From Kiritimatiellia bacterium (lineage in GTDB: Bacteria; Verrucomicrobiota; Kiritimatiellia; RFP12; UBA1067): a stretch of DNA of 64,000 nucleotides. This document shows, piece after piece, positions 1-11,708 of the stretch. The notes beneath the pieces were generated by a model. It was not told the origin of the DNA. It did no database searches and was given only the letters and a program-made list of their open reading frames with translations. Within the stretch, counting starts at the first letter, position 1, and every line of letters starts with the position of its first letter. The translations under genes were made by a program, and so were the position numbers. The DNA lies in contig JBMNFY010000017.1 in assembly GCA_050949565.1 (NCBI GenBank), positions 1,504,001 through 1,568,000 on the forward strand, in the 5' to 3' direction.

Positions 1-3000
1 GCCGGGGATGGCTGCGGCGTTGGTCTGCTGATAGTCCCAGTCCCAGAACTCGATGTTGCCGGTGTCGCAGCCGTTGGTGTTGACCACCCCATTTACGTTG
101 GAGAACACGTCGAGATTAGAGACGGTCTGCTGGAAGAAGTCGTCGTTGGCCGGGACTCCGAGCCGGTTGACGCCGACGCAAATGGGGTCGAAAGCTGTCC
201 AGCAGAAGCTGGTGACGTTGTTTTTGACCAGTTCCAGGAAGTAAGCGACGCGCGTATGGGGCGTGTTCGCAAAACGGGTGGCGTTGTCCACCGAGTAGTA
301 GGTGGGACGCACGGCGGCGTCGGCGAACTTCGGCTGGCGCGGGATGTCGACGGTGTAGAGGTGCCGGTAATCGGTCACATCCGGCACCTGCTCAAGCACG
401 TGCGCAATCACCTCGGCAGGCGGATCGAGCGTTTCTGCCGGGACGGGCACTTCCGGACGCGCGAGCACGTAGAGGCGGCGGGAGGCGTAGGCGGCCGCAT
501 TTTCGGCGAAGGTCCAGTCTTTGTCTGAGCTGTTGAGCGTCTCGGTGGAGGCGGGCGTACCGATGCCGAGACTCACCGAAGACGTACGATTGTCGCCCCA
601 CCGGTTGATGCCGAAGACGGTCTGGGCGTTCAGATAGTTGTGGACTTGGAACGAGCCGTGTCCGGCACTGCCGCTGAAGCCGCCGTCACCGAAATCGTAA
701 GTCGAACCGCTGGCGCCCGGTATGCCACGGTCGTTTCCGGTGCCATAGTTGGAGGGCCAAAACTCAATGTTGCCGGTGTCGAACTCGCCGTTTATGACGC
801 CGGATTTATTGGACCTCACAGTCAGGTTGGTCACGATCTGGGCGAAGATCGCTTTAGTGGCGGTGTTCGGGATACCGATCTTGGAGAGGAAGGGCGTGAA
901 GGCATCCATGGAGGTCCAGGCGTATTGGCGCGCCGGGGAGGCGAACGGACGTTGGCCGAGCGCCAGATAGTAGGCCACACGGCTGAAGGGCACGCCCGAA
1001 GCCGCAGCGTTGAAGAGGTACGGATCAGGAATGCCCCGCCCGAAATCGCTGCAAACGGGAATGTCCAGCGTGTAGACCACGCGGTAGCCGGCGGCGAACG
1101 TGCCCGCATCCGCCGCGATCTCGGCGGGCAGCAGGTCCACTGCAACAGAGGCGGGAGCCGTGGGAATACCGCCTTGGATATCGCGCAGGCCGGCGGCGGT
1201 GAGCGTGAGCGCGGTACCGGACGGTTGCGGCGTGGTGGTGAGCGTGACGGTCATGAGATCCTTGCCGAGCGTGGCATCGGTAACCGACACGCCGTTATCA
1301 AGCTGAAGGCCGAGGCCGTGACGGATTCGGCGCGCAGTGCGGACGAAAAGGTCACCGCGATGTGTACGCCGTCATACCCGGTATAGGCGGAGAGCGGCAC
1401 GGGCGGATCGCGCGGCACGGGCGCGGCGGCGCGCTTGATAAAGACTTGCAGCACGCGGGTGGCGTATTGCCCGGCGTTGTCGGTAAAGGTCCAGTCGAGC
1501 TGTCCGCCACTGGAGGTGGTCGAGGGGTTCGGGTTGTTGCCAATTCCGAGGCATGTCGTGTAGTAGGCGGTCGAAGCACTTCCCCAGTGATTAAGGGCAA
1601 AAATCGTCTCGCCCTCGGCGGTGTTGTGGAGCTGCATCGAACCATACTCGCCATCCGAGGGGGTGTCGCCAAAGTCAAAGATACTGTCGCTGGCGCCGGG
1701 CACGGAGGCACCGTTCCCAGTCGTGTAGTTGCACGGCCAGAACTCGATGTTGCCGACCGGGAACTGGCCGGATGTGACGGCCGGCGAAATGCTGTGGACC
1801 GTCAGATTGGAAACGGTCTGCTGGAAGAAGGCGCCTGAGAGCGTGGTCGGCACGCCGAGCTTGGCAGCGTCCTGCGTGAAGGCGTCGACCTCGGCCCACA
1901 CGTAAAGAAGCTGCTCACCGGTACGCTGCAGTGCCATGTAGTACGCAACGCGGCTGAGCGGCGCATGGGCGTATGTGGCGGAGGCGTCCAGGCTGTACCC
2001 TACCTGTTCGCGGCCGTAACGGGCACCGGTCGGGATGTCGAGCGTGTAGAGCGGATCCCAGCCCTCCAGCAGATCCGCCGGGACATTGTCAGCGGCGTAC
2101 GCGGAGATCGGCGGCGTCAAGAAAGCGCGCGTTTCCGTGCGCGTCGCCGAGAACGGTCCGCCCTCGGCGGCGGGCACCAGATCCGTGAGCGCACCGTTGA
2201 ACGTGAGCGAGTATAGGGTGTTTGGCGAGACACCAGAGACAGTCAGCGTGACCTGGCGCAGGTCGTCCGACAACGCAGAAACAGCGGTCACCGTGCCCGC
2301 AGGCGCGAGGGTGTAGGAGGCTGGATTGGTGACGGCCGACGAAGCGGCGAGATCAAGCGGCTTGGAGAAAACGGCGGTCAGGCTGGCTGGAGAAACCGCT
2401 CTGGCGGAGGAGAAGCCGGGCGGCAGGCGGTCGCCGTAGTGCCCGACAATGTTCGTCACGACCGGGAACCACGCGGCAGCCATCTTGGCGTAGCCGTCCG
2501 CACTGGGGTGCAGGTTGTCGTACATATCGGAGCGCTCAAGGTGGGCATGCATGTCGAGGAAGTGCACGCGCCGCCCTGCTGCCTGATGAGCCTGAACCCG
2601 GCCTAAGACATAAGGATTAAAGTAGTTGGTGATCGCGATATACTTCGGCTCAGTGTCATCTGTCCCACGCTTCATAAGGGTAGTCGCTACGATGTGGGCA
2701 TAGGGCCGCGCCTCGGCGATGCGCAGGATCAGCGCGTCCAGCTCGTCGATCGCGTGTTCGAAATCCGGATCGTTGGTGTCGTTGGTGCCGACATGCAGCA
2801 GCACCACGTCGGGGTCATCAATCTGGGCAAGCCAGGAAAGGATGTTCTCGTACAGGCCTTGACTGGCCGCAGAGATACGCCAGCCGCTATGCCCTTGGTG
2901 ATTGATCTCATCGCCGAGCCCGGGCGCCGAATTGCCCGTCGCCGTGCCCACCAGATCAATGTTGAAGCCCTGATTCGTCAACGCGACGTAGAGCGGCAAC

Positions 3001-3152
3001 CGGTAACCGCCGGGCGTTGAAACACCGTAAGTGATTGAGTCGCCGAGCGGCATCACCCGCAAGGGGGGCGGCGTTTGGCCGCCGACGTTCAACCCCAGGA
3101 ACGCACACGCCGCACACGCCGCAAAAAACAGGACGCAACTTCTATCACGCAT
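1..3152 (-). CDS. Secreted SGNH/GDSL esterase multidomain protein with Ig-like spacers and at least 3 copies of an unnamed ~190-aa module; frameshift near 1302; runs off left edge
   Basis: ATG 3152, signal peptide MRDRSCVLFFAACAACAFLG; SGNH blocks GDSIT, GHSG, GTND, DNLHP. ORF-track frame stops at 1251, but the frame resuming at 1299 (DNGVSVTDATLGKD...) stays open to base 1 and repeats YTLDIP..RVAYY..GNIEFW twice more. Confidence 0.75.
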
Positions 3153-3323
3153 GACCGACTCCTCTATGCTCGACGCCTCTACAGCCGCAATGTCTACGAC
3201 ATTCACAACGATTCGAATGTATCAAAACGAACACCTTCGGCGCAACAGCAATCGGTCGGCGGCGGCAAGGATCTGTCGGATCAGCCAGATCGGTCTGATC
3301 TGACGCCTTTCCTAAAATGGGGA

Positions 3324-3353
3324 TTGTCGAAGCGGTGCGAGCTACCGTATACT
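3324..3353 (+). promoter_or_regulatory. Putative sigma70 promoter of the LptF/G gene (near-leaderless)
   Basis: TTGTCG-N18-TATACT ending 11 nt before ATG 3365; no SD. Confidence 0.45.
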
Positions 3354-3364
3354 GACCCCTGTTT

Positions 3365-4462
3365 ATGCGAATCCTCACCCGATATGTGTTGCGTGAATTC
3401 TTAGTGCCGCTTGCCTATTGCCTGGCCGGTTTTCTGGGAATCTATGTGCTGTTTGAGTTGTTTAGCTCTTTCAACCGCCTCATCGAAGCCAAACCGCCGC
3501 TCTCGACCGTAGTCAGCTTTTTCGCGGGGTATATCTCACCCTACTTGGAGTGGCTGATTCCCGCTGCGCTGCTGCTGGCGGCGCTCTATACGATGTGGAA
3601 CTTCTGCCGCCACAGTGAAATCACAGCGATGCGCGCCAATGGCATTACTTTCCTGGCTATCGTGCGGCCGTTGCTGGCGGTGGCGATTGTGATGGCGGTG
3701 ATCGTCGCCTGCATTAACGAGTTCTACGCGCCTTGGGCCTCAGAATGGGCGAATGACCTGCGCGAGGCGCGCTTTGAGGAGGGTTCGGATCAAACCTTCG
3801 AGAACATCCCCTTCTACAACCAGTCCGCCGGACGTGTCTGGCGCATCAACCGGATGTCCGCCGCCAACCCTAACCTGCTGGAGGGCGTGCGCCTCTCGTG
3901 CGACCGGGCGGACGATAGCCGCTTGGTGGACATCACCTGCAGCAAAGCCGAATATCTCGACGGCATGTGGTGGTTTTTCTACCCGAAATACCAATATTTC
4001 GATGAGTTTAATAATCCGGTCGAAAACCCGACCCCCGCGCTGGCGGCGCTGCCGTTGCGCGCCTTCCCAGAGTTTGACGAGCGCCCGCGTGATTTCCTGC
4101 TGATGAATAAGGCGTGGGAATATTACACAATCCGCGACATGCGCCACTACCTAACGACGCATCCCCATCTGGACCCCGAAGAGGTGGCCTCCAAGACTTT
4201 CGATATCCACGCGCGTTTAGCCGCCCCCTTTTCTTGCCTGGTCATTACGCTCTTCGCGATTCCGGCGGGCGTCGCCACCGGACGCCAGAGTGTGTTTAAG
4301 GGCGTGATCATCGCCATCGCACTCTTCTTCGCCTTTTACGCGGTGTCGATCGGCAGTATGGTGTTGGCCAAAAACGCCTTGGTTCCGGCCATTCCGGCCG
4401 CATGGTTCGGAAATCTGCTCTTTCTCGCTGTCGGCCTCTATCTCTTCTACCGCCAGCGCTGA
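3365..4462 (+). CDS. LptF/LptG (YjgP/YjgQ) family LPS export permease
   Basis: 365 aa; MRILTRYVLREF start, SEITAMRANGI motif, 3+3 TM layout around a soluble domain. Confidence 0.9.
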   Translation: MRILTRYVLREFLVPLAYCLAGFLGIYVLFELFSSFNRLIEAKPPLSTVVSFFAGYISPYLEWLIPAALLLAALYTMWNFCRHSEITAMRANGITFLAIVRPLLAVAIVMAVIVACINEFYAPWASEWANDLREARFEEGSDQTFENIPFYNQSAGRVWRINRMSAANPNLLEGVRLSCDRADDSRLVDITCSKAEYLDGMWWFFYPKYQYFDEFNNPVENPTPALAALPLRAFPEFDERPRDFLLMNKAWEYYTIRDMRHYLTTHPHLDPEEVASKTFDIHARLAAPFSCLVITLFAIPAGVATGRQSVFKGVIIAIALFFAFYAVSIGSMVLAKNALVPAIPAAWFGNLLFLAVGLYLFYRQR

Positions 4463-4497
4463 TACGTATCATTCGTGTGACTCGCGGTTTGAAAAAG

Positions 4498-4636
4498 CAG
4501 AGCCATGCCTTTCCGTTCTGTGTTCCGTGGCTAAACAATCGATCCCGATAGCGATCCCGATCCCGATTTGGATGAAACCATGAAACCTTGAAACCAGAAA
4601 CCGAAGAGCGTTGAAAGTTCAACTGCTCTTTTTAGG
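4498..4636 (+). mobile_element. Partial MITE family B copy (right end only)
   Basis: Matches 61144-61288, including terminal TCAACTGCTCTTTTTAGG. Confidence 0.8.
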
Positions 4637-4641
4637 ATCAA

Positions 4642-5169
4642 TCACGGATCTATGCGCACTCTCAGCACGTTGTTGGTGATCACGCTCTGTACGTTTGCCG
4701 CCCGCTCTAACCGGCACGGCAGGCGCACCTGCTTCAGATAGGAGCCCCCACTCCCCGCCGCATCGGTTCGCATCGCCAGCGTCAGCGTGCCGCCCGTCGT
4801 GGTCACGCGCACGCTCTCCTGCACCACTCCCGCCGGCAACGCGAAGAGGATCTCGAAACTCTTGCCGTCTTCGCGGATATCCATCGCCGGCCTGCTGGGA
4901 ATCCGCTCCCAGTCCGACTCAGCCATCGACCGCGCAATCGCGGACATGCTACGCTGCCCCGTTGAGACCCGTAGACCCTCAACAGGTTTTTTCGCGCGTG
5001 CCCCGGAGTGCCGCCACGGCACCCCGTGCGTCGCCACCGGCTTCGCGGACACCGCCGCTTCCTCACGGAGGCGCGCATGCCAAGCGAAACCCAGCAAGAC
5101 AAACACGGCAAGCAGCAGCAGGCGGTCGCACACCGCCCACGCCTGTTTTAACGCTGTTTTCAGATTCAT
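4642..5169 (-). CDS. Hsp20/alpha-crystallin domain protein with N-terminal membrane anchor
   Basis: Hydrophobic RLLLLAVFVLLGFAW near N-terminus; C-terminal MDIREDGKSFEILFALP...VRLP...NNVLRVRI fits the alpha-crystallin pattern; ATG 5169 after GAGAAAG. Confidence 0.7.
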   Translation of the reverse strand: MNLKTALKQAWAVCDRLLLLAVFVLLGFAWHARLREEAAVSAKPVATHGVPWRHSGARAKKPVEGLRVSTGQRSMSAIARSMAESDWERIPSRPAMDIREDGKSFEILFALPAGVVQESVRVTTTGGTLTLAMRTDAAGSGGSYLKQVRLPCRLERAANVQSVITNNVLRVRIDP

Positions 5170-5205
5170 CTTTCTCAATTTCACTGTCGGCCCGCCCAGT
5201 GTTCA

Positions 5206-5221
5206 AGCAAAGGCCGTGCCA
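5206..5221 (-). promoter_or_regulatory. Sigma54 (-24/-12) promoter of the Hsp20 gene
   Basis: Minus strand TGGCACGGCCTTTGCT = consensus TGGCACG-N4-TTGC with GG-N10-GC spacing, 36 nt upstream of ATG. Confidence 0.8.
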
Positions 5222-5250
5222 TCCCTTCTGAGCGGCGTGCGCCACTCGGA

Positions 5251-5396
5251 AGGAGTTAACATTTAGGAGTTAGGATTTAGGAGTTTTTACTTAAACATTG
5301 AACGTTGAGACCAGCCTTCTTGACCACCCAATGGCTCGCAACTCCTAAATCCTAAATCCCAAATAAACTTCTTACCTATTACCTATTACCTCTCAC
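5251..5396. repeat. Inverted pair of heptamer arrays (GGAGTTA/GGATTTA and complement) plus TTACCTA array
   Basis: 5251-5288 is complementary to 5340-5365; TTACCTA repeats at 5371-5396. Confidence 0.8.
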
Positions 5397-5520
5397 TTTC
5401 CCCGCGCCATTCTGGCCGCCAAGCCGTGCCAAGCTGTCACATCCGCACTTGCTGTGCCGCCTTTTTCTACGCTATACTGCGGTTCGTTTCACGGCACATT
5501 CCCTGCTGTAACCGACCGCA

Positions 5521-6921
5521 ATGACGGCACGTTCCGTACAATCTTCCGCTCCCCGCCACAACGTTTGGCGGCTGGAGATCATTCTGCTACTTGCCTTGCT
5601 AACCACCGCGCTCGGCGCGGGTGGCGTGCTCCATTTTCTGAAACGGCAGCACGATAAGCAGGCGCACCTTGCCGCCACCGAGACTGTGCTGCAAGAGGGC
5701 GAGGCGCTGCTCGACACCCTCTGCAGCTTCAACATGGCCACCGCCACCAACCTCACCCCTGTGCGCTGGCGGCAATTCTCAACCATGGTCGACAACGCCT
5801 TTGCTGTGCGCAAAGATGTGCAGTCGATCTCGGTCACGCGCGATGGCGTGACCCTCTTTCATCGTCAGGCTGGCGGCCTGCGCGCCGCGCCGCGCCCGCC
5901 TCTGCCGCCGGGCATGACGCTGCCCGACGCATCGCCCGGCGAGAGCGAAACCGAGATGTCGCAGGGTTCGCTGGAGATTGGCGGCGTGCGCCAGCCGGTT
6001 TTCGTGATTACACGCACCCAACACCTGTCCGACGGCAGTCAGATAACGACCGAGGCCACCTTCAAGCGTGAGGCGGTCGGCGCTGAAGAGCAGACCGCCC
6101 GCGCCCTGGTCTCGTCGCTCTTTGCTTTCTCGATCGGCGTGCTGATCCTCTCCTTTGCGATCAGCGCCGGCGTGCTGTTGATGGCGGTCGCGCGCGACCG
6201 CCGTCGCGAGGCGCGCGCCCGGCAGGAGGAGCATCTGGCTTTTTCCGGTGTACTGGCCAACGGCATCCTGCACGATTTCCGCAATCCGATGTCGGCCGTG
6301 CGCCTTGATGCGCAGATGCTTGAGAAGGAACTGGCGCGTAACGACGGATTCCGTCCCGAGCGCGTACGCGACCTTGCCGGACGCATCGCCCGCACCATGG
6401 CGCGCATGGACAAGATCTTTCAGGAGTTCCTTTTCCTCGCCCGGCCAGCGGATGAACGCCCCGAGCCGGTGGATCTCGATCAGGTGGTGCGCGAGTGTGC
6501 CGACACGCTCGCGCCGCGCGCCGAACAGGCCGGCGTCACGTTGCGGACGCTGCCCCACGATCCGTTGCCGCCGGCCGCCGCCTATCCTTTCGCTCTGCGC
6601 CGCGCTCTGCTGAATGTTCTGGTCAATGCCATCCAGTTCGCGCCGCGCGACAGCGAGGTGACCGTCGCGCTGAGCCGCAACGAAACGGGCCTCGTCATCG
6701 AGGTGCTCGACCGTGGTCCCGGTATCCCGGCCGCGCAACGCCGCACGGTCTTTGAGATGTTCGTCACCGGCCGCCCCGAAGGAACCGGTCTCGGCCTCTT
6801 CCTGACGCGTACGGCGATCCGGCGCTGCGGCGGCGACATTGAGGCCCTCGCCCGCGACGACGGTGATGGTGCGCGCCTACGTATCACCCTACCCTCCGCC
6901 GACTTAACCCCCAACTCCTAA
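5521..6921 (+). CDS. Membrane sensor histidine kinase
   Basis: Two TM segments, H-box LHDFRNPM, N-box NVLVNAIQF, DRGPGI, GTGLGL. Confidence 0.92.
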   Translation: MTARSVQSSAPRHNVWRLEIILLLALLTTALGAGGVLHFLKRQHDKQAHLAATETVLQEGEALLDTLCSFNMATATNLTPVRWRQFSTMVDNAFAVRKDVQSISVTRDGVTLFHRQAGGLRAAPRPPLPPGMTLPDASPGESETEMSQGSLEIGGVRQPVFVITRTQHLSDGSQITTEATFKREAVGAEEQTARALVSSLFAFSIGVLILSFAISAGVLLMAVARDRRREARARQEEHLAFSGVLANGILHDFRNPMSAVRLDAQMLEKELARNDGFRPERVRDLAGRIARTMARMDKIFQEFLFLARPADERPEPVDLDQVVRECADTLAPRAEQAGVTLRTLPHDPLPPAAAYPFALRRALLNVLVNAIQFAPRDSEVTVALSRNETGLVIEVLDRGPGIPAAQRRTVFEMFVTGRPEGTGLGLFLTRTAIRRCGGDIEALARDDGDGARLRITLPSADLTPNS

Positions 6922-6947
6922 ATCCTAACTCCTAAATTCTAACTCCC
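6903..6947. repeat. Heptamer array (AACTCCT/AAATCCT) overlapping the kinase stop
   Basis: ttaacccccaactcctaaatcctaactcctaaattctaactccc; encodes the final LTPNS*. Confidence 0.75.
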
Positions 6948-8330
<1,383 letters not shown>

Positions 8331-8532
8331 CGCCCTCCGCGCGCTGCGGGAGCCGCGGGCACGGCAGGCTCTGCGGGTGGTGTCGGCGTAAACGCCGCCC
8401 ACAGAACTGGAGGGCGAGCGTCCCCGCGAGCCGCCTCCGCGCGTTGCGCGGAGGGTGGTTTCTCTTCACCCTCTTTTGCGAATGTGATATGTTTCTGATG
8501 TTTTCCTAAACCCTGAACGGATAGCCCCGCTT

Positions 8533-9411
8533 ATGAACAAAATCTTAAAGAAAACGCAACTTTCAGACAGTGTCTATCGCATGGAGGTCGAAGCCCCGCT
8601 GATCGCGCGTGAACGCAAGCCCGGCCAGTTCATCATCCTGCAGGTGGACAATGACTTCGGCGAGCGCATTCCGCTCACGATCGCCGACGCCGATCCAGAG
8701 CGCGGCAGCATCACATTGGTCTTTCAGACGGTCGGTAAAACCACTCATCTGCTGGCGGAAAAAGAGGAGGGCGACACGATCGTCGCGCTGTTGGGACCGC
8801 TCGGCCAGCCCTCCCGCATCGAGAAGGTCGGGCATGTGGTCTGTGTCGGCGGCGGCATCGGCGTGGCGCCGCTGTATCCGATTGCCCAAGCCTTGAAGGC
8901 CATCGGCAACCGCCTCACCATCATCATCGGCGCCCGCAACAAATCCCTGCTGATCATGGAAGACGAGATGCGCGCGATCGCCGACGATCTGATCGTCGTG
9001 ACGGACGATGGCTCTTACGGCCGCAAGGCGCTGGTGACCGAGCCGCTGAAAGAGCTGTGCGAACAGACGCCCAAACCGGACATGGCCGTGGCCATCGGGC
9101 CGCCGATCATGATGAAGTTCTGCGCCGAAACCACGCGGCCTTACGGCGTACACACGATCGTCTCGCTCAATACCATCATGATCGACGGCACGGGCATGTG
9201 CGGCGGCTGCCGCGTGACCGTGGGCGGCGAGACCAAGTTCGTGTGCGTCGACGGCCCCGAATTCGACGGACACCTTGTTGATTTCGACAACATGATGAAG
9301 CGCCTGCGCGCCTACAAGCCGCGCGAAGACGCCGACCATGAAAAGTACCACTGCAAGCTCGAAGCCGCCGCTGCCCGCCTAGAGGCGGCCGCCGCTACCC
9401 ACGCGAAATAG
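8533..9411 (+). CDS. nfnA: NfnA small subunit of NADH-dependent reduced ferredoxin:NADP+ oxidoreductase
   Basis: PGQFIIL, ERIPLTIAD, GGGIGVAP, DGTGMCGGCRV, CVDGPEF. Confidence 0.88.
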   Translation: MNKILKKTQLSDSVYRMEVEAPLIARERKPGQFIILQVDNDFGERIPLTIADADPERGSITLVFQTVGKTTHLLAEKEEGDTIVALLGPLGQPSRIEKVGHVVCVGGGIGVAPLYPIAQALKAIGNRLTIIIGARNKSLLIMEDEMRAIADDLIVVTDDGSYGRKALVTEPLKELCEQTPKPDMAVAIGPPIMMKFCAETTRPYGVHTIVSLNTIMIDGTGMCGGCRVTVGGETKFVCVDGPEFDGHLVDFDNMMKRLRAYKPREDADHEKYHCKLEAAAARLEAAAATHAK

Positions 9412-9423
9412 GGAAGACGCATC

Positions 9424-10917
9424 ATGCATCAAGACCCGAATGTTTTAAAGAGCGAAGCAGCAGACCTGCTGCGCCAGATTGAAAACCAGAATCAGCCTCT
9501 CACGCCGAAGGCGCGCATGGCGATACCGCCGCAGGCGATGCCGTCGCAAGATCCGGCAGTCCGGCGCGGCAACATGAGCGAGGTCGCGCTGGGTTACTCG
9601 CCTGAGCAAGCGCGTTTAGAGGCCATGCGCTGCCTACAGTGCAAAAACGCGCCGTGCGTGGCGGGGTGCCCAGTGGGCATCCGCATCCCAGATTTCCTCA
9701 AGGCTGCGGCGGCAGGACGTTTCGACGAGGCGGTCGCCATCATCCGCGAGAACAGCCTGCTGCCGGCCGTTTGCGGCCGCGTCTGCCCGCAGGAGGTGCA
9801 GTGCCAAGCGCCCTGCACACTCGGCAAGGCGCTCAAGGATGTGGACAAGGCCGTCGCCATCGGACGCATCGAGCGCTTCGTCTCTGATCTCGAACGCGAG
9901 AGCGGCAAACAGGCCGTGCCCGCCGTCAAGCCGCCGACCGGAAAACGGGTGGCGGTGGTCGGCAGCGGTCCGGCCGGCATTACCGTGGCGGCGGACGTGC
10001 GGCGCGAGGGTCACGACGTCACCCTCTTCGAGGCCTTCCACAAGCCCGGCGGCGTGCTGGTCTATGGCATCCCCGAGTTCCGTCTGCCCAAACGTATCGT
10101 TCACAACGAGATCGAGATGCTGACCGAAATGGGGGTGAAGCTTGAAACCAATTTCGTGGTCGGTCGCACACGCAAGCTCACCGACCTGATAGAGAAGGAC
10201 GGCTTTGATGCGGTTTTCGTGGGCACCGGCGCGGGGCTGCCCAAGTTCATGAACATCCCCGGCGAAAATCTCGTGGGCGTCTTCTCTGCCAACGAATATC
10301 TGACGCGCGCCAACCTGATGAAAGCCTACGACACTAAACACGCCCATACGCCGCTCTACAACTCCCGCAAGGTGGCGGTGCTCGGCGGCGGTAACGTAGC
10401 GATGGACGCAGCACGCATGGCGCTCAGGCTCGGCGCGGAAGAGGTGCATCTGGTCTACCGCCGCACCGAAAAAGAGATGCCCGCGCGCGTCGAGGAGGTC
10501 GCCCACGCCCGCGAGGAGGGCGTGGTCTTCCACATGCTGCAGAACGCCGTGCGCATCCTCGGCGACGAGCAGGATCGCGTCATCGGCATGGAGTGCCTGC
10601 GCTACGAGCTGGGCGAGCCTGACGCTTCCGGCCGCCGCCGTCCCGTGCCGATCTCCGGCAGCGAATTCCAGATGGAGGTGGACACCGTGATCGTGGCTAT
10701 TGGCAACGACTCCAATCCGTTGATCAGCCAGACCACCGAAGGGCTGGCCGTCAACAAGTGGGGCAACATCATCGTGGACGAGAACGGCAAGACGTCGATC
10801 GACGGCATCTACGCTGGCGGCGACATCGTGCTCGGCGCGGCCACCGTGATTCTCGCCATGGGCGAAGGCCGCCGCGCCGCCGCTGCGATCAACGCATTTC
10901 TGGCCGACAAAGCCTGA
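9424..10917 (+). CDS. nfnB: NfnB large subunit (GltD-like electron-bifurcating flavoprotein)
   Basis: RCLQCKNAPCVAGCP, CGRVCPQE, GSGPAG, GGGNVAMD; directly downstream of nfnA. Confidence 0.88.
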   Translation: MHQDPNVLKSEAADLLRQIENQNQPLTPKARMAIPPQAMPSQDPAVRRGNMSEVALGYSPEQARLEAMRCLQCKNAPCVAGCPVGIRIPDFLKAAAAGRFDEAVAIIRENSLLPAVCGRVCPQEVQCQAPCTLGKALKDVDKAVAIGRIERFVSDLERESGKQAVPAVKPPTGKRVAVVGSGPAGITVAADVRREGHDVTLFEAFHKPGGVLVYGIPEFRLPKRIVHNEIEMLTEMGVKLETNFVVGRTRKLTDLIEKDGFDAVFVGTGAGLPKFMNIPGENLVGVFSANEYLTRANLMKAYDTKHAHTPLYNSRKVAVLGGGNVAMDAARMALRLGAEEVHLVYRRTEKEMPARVEEVAHAREEGVVFHMLQNAVRILGDEQDRVIGMECLRYELGEPDASGRRRPVPISGSEFQMEVDTVIVAIGNDSNPLISQTTEGLAVNKWGNIIVDENGKTSIDGIYAGGDIVLGAATVILAMGEGRRAAAAINAFLADKA

Positions 10918-10950
10918 TCCGTCCAATCCGTCTGATTTGTCTGATCTTTC

Positions 10951-11613
10951 ATGGCCCACTTGACCCCCAGACGCTACACGATCCCCGAAGAGGTGGCGCA
11001 CAGCGCGATTCACGCGCTGGGCAGCCATCTGGGTGCGGCCATGCTGGCGCTGATGGTGGTGTTCGGGGTGCAGAGCGGCGAACAGGTGGCGTGGAAGGTG
11101 GTCAGCGCGGCGATATTCGGCTTCTCCATCATTCTCCTCTACACGGTCTCATCGGCCTATCACGCGATCACGCACCCGCGCACCAAGCAGATCCTGAAGG
11201 TATGCGACCACATGGCGATCTATATCCTGATCGCGGGCTCCTACACGCCCTTCATGCTGGTCACATTGCGGCCTGAATATCCGGTCATCGCCTGGACGAT
11301 CTTCGGCATTGTCTGGGGGCTGACGATCATGGGCATCATCTTCAAGGTCTTCTTCACCGGGCGGCTGCGACTGGTCTCGACCCTCGCCTATGTCGGCATG
11401 GGCTGGATCATCGTCTTTGCGATCAAACCTCTAATGGCCACGTTGCCGACCGCCGGCCTGGTTTGGTTGCTGATCGGCGGCTTGTGCTACACCCTGGGCG
11501 CGATCTTTTATCTATGGCGCCTGATGCCTTTCCACCATGCGGTTTGGCATCTCTGCGTACTGGCCGGTACGCTTTGCCACTTCTTTGCTGTGCTGTTTTA
11601 TGTGATGATGTAG
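10951..11613 (+). CDS. Hemolysin III / PAQR family membrane protein
   Basis: EEVAHSAIH, SSAYH, DHMAIYILIAGSYTPF, HAVWH. Confidence 0.92.
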   Translation: MAHLTPRRYTIPEEVAHSAIHALGSHLGAAMLALMVVFGVQSGEQVAWKVVSAAIFGFSIILLYTVSSAYHAITHPRTKQILKVCDHMAIYILIAGSYTPFMLVTLRPEYPVIAWTIFGIVWGLTIMGIIFKVFFTGRLRLVSTLAYVGMGWIIVFAIKPLMATLPTAGLVWLLIGGLCYTLGAIFYLWRLMPFHHAVWHLCVLAGTLCHFFAVLFYVMM

Positions 11614-11708
11614 GTGGTACGGGCGGACGTCCCGGACGCCCGAAAGACAACAGCCGGACAGGCGTGTTGCTTTCGGCGGTCCGAGACGCCCCGCCGTACT
11701 TAACTGCT

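Noticed and set aside
4308-4622. Similar small ORFs at 4308-4622, 39488-39868 and 61002-61274
   Set aside because: They are translations of MITE family B, not a protein family
5415-5432. Second sigma54-like site TGGCACGGCTTGGC on the minus strand
   Set aside because: GG-to-GC spacing is 9, not 10
9424-10917. Glutamate synthase small subunit
   Set aside because: No gltB nearby; pairing with the nfnA-type gene indicates NfnAB
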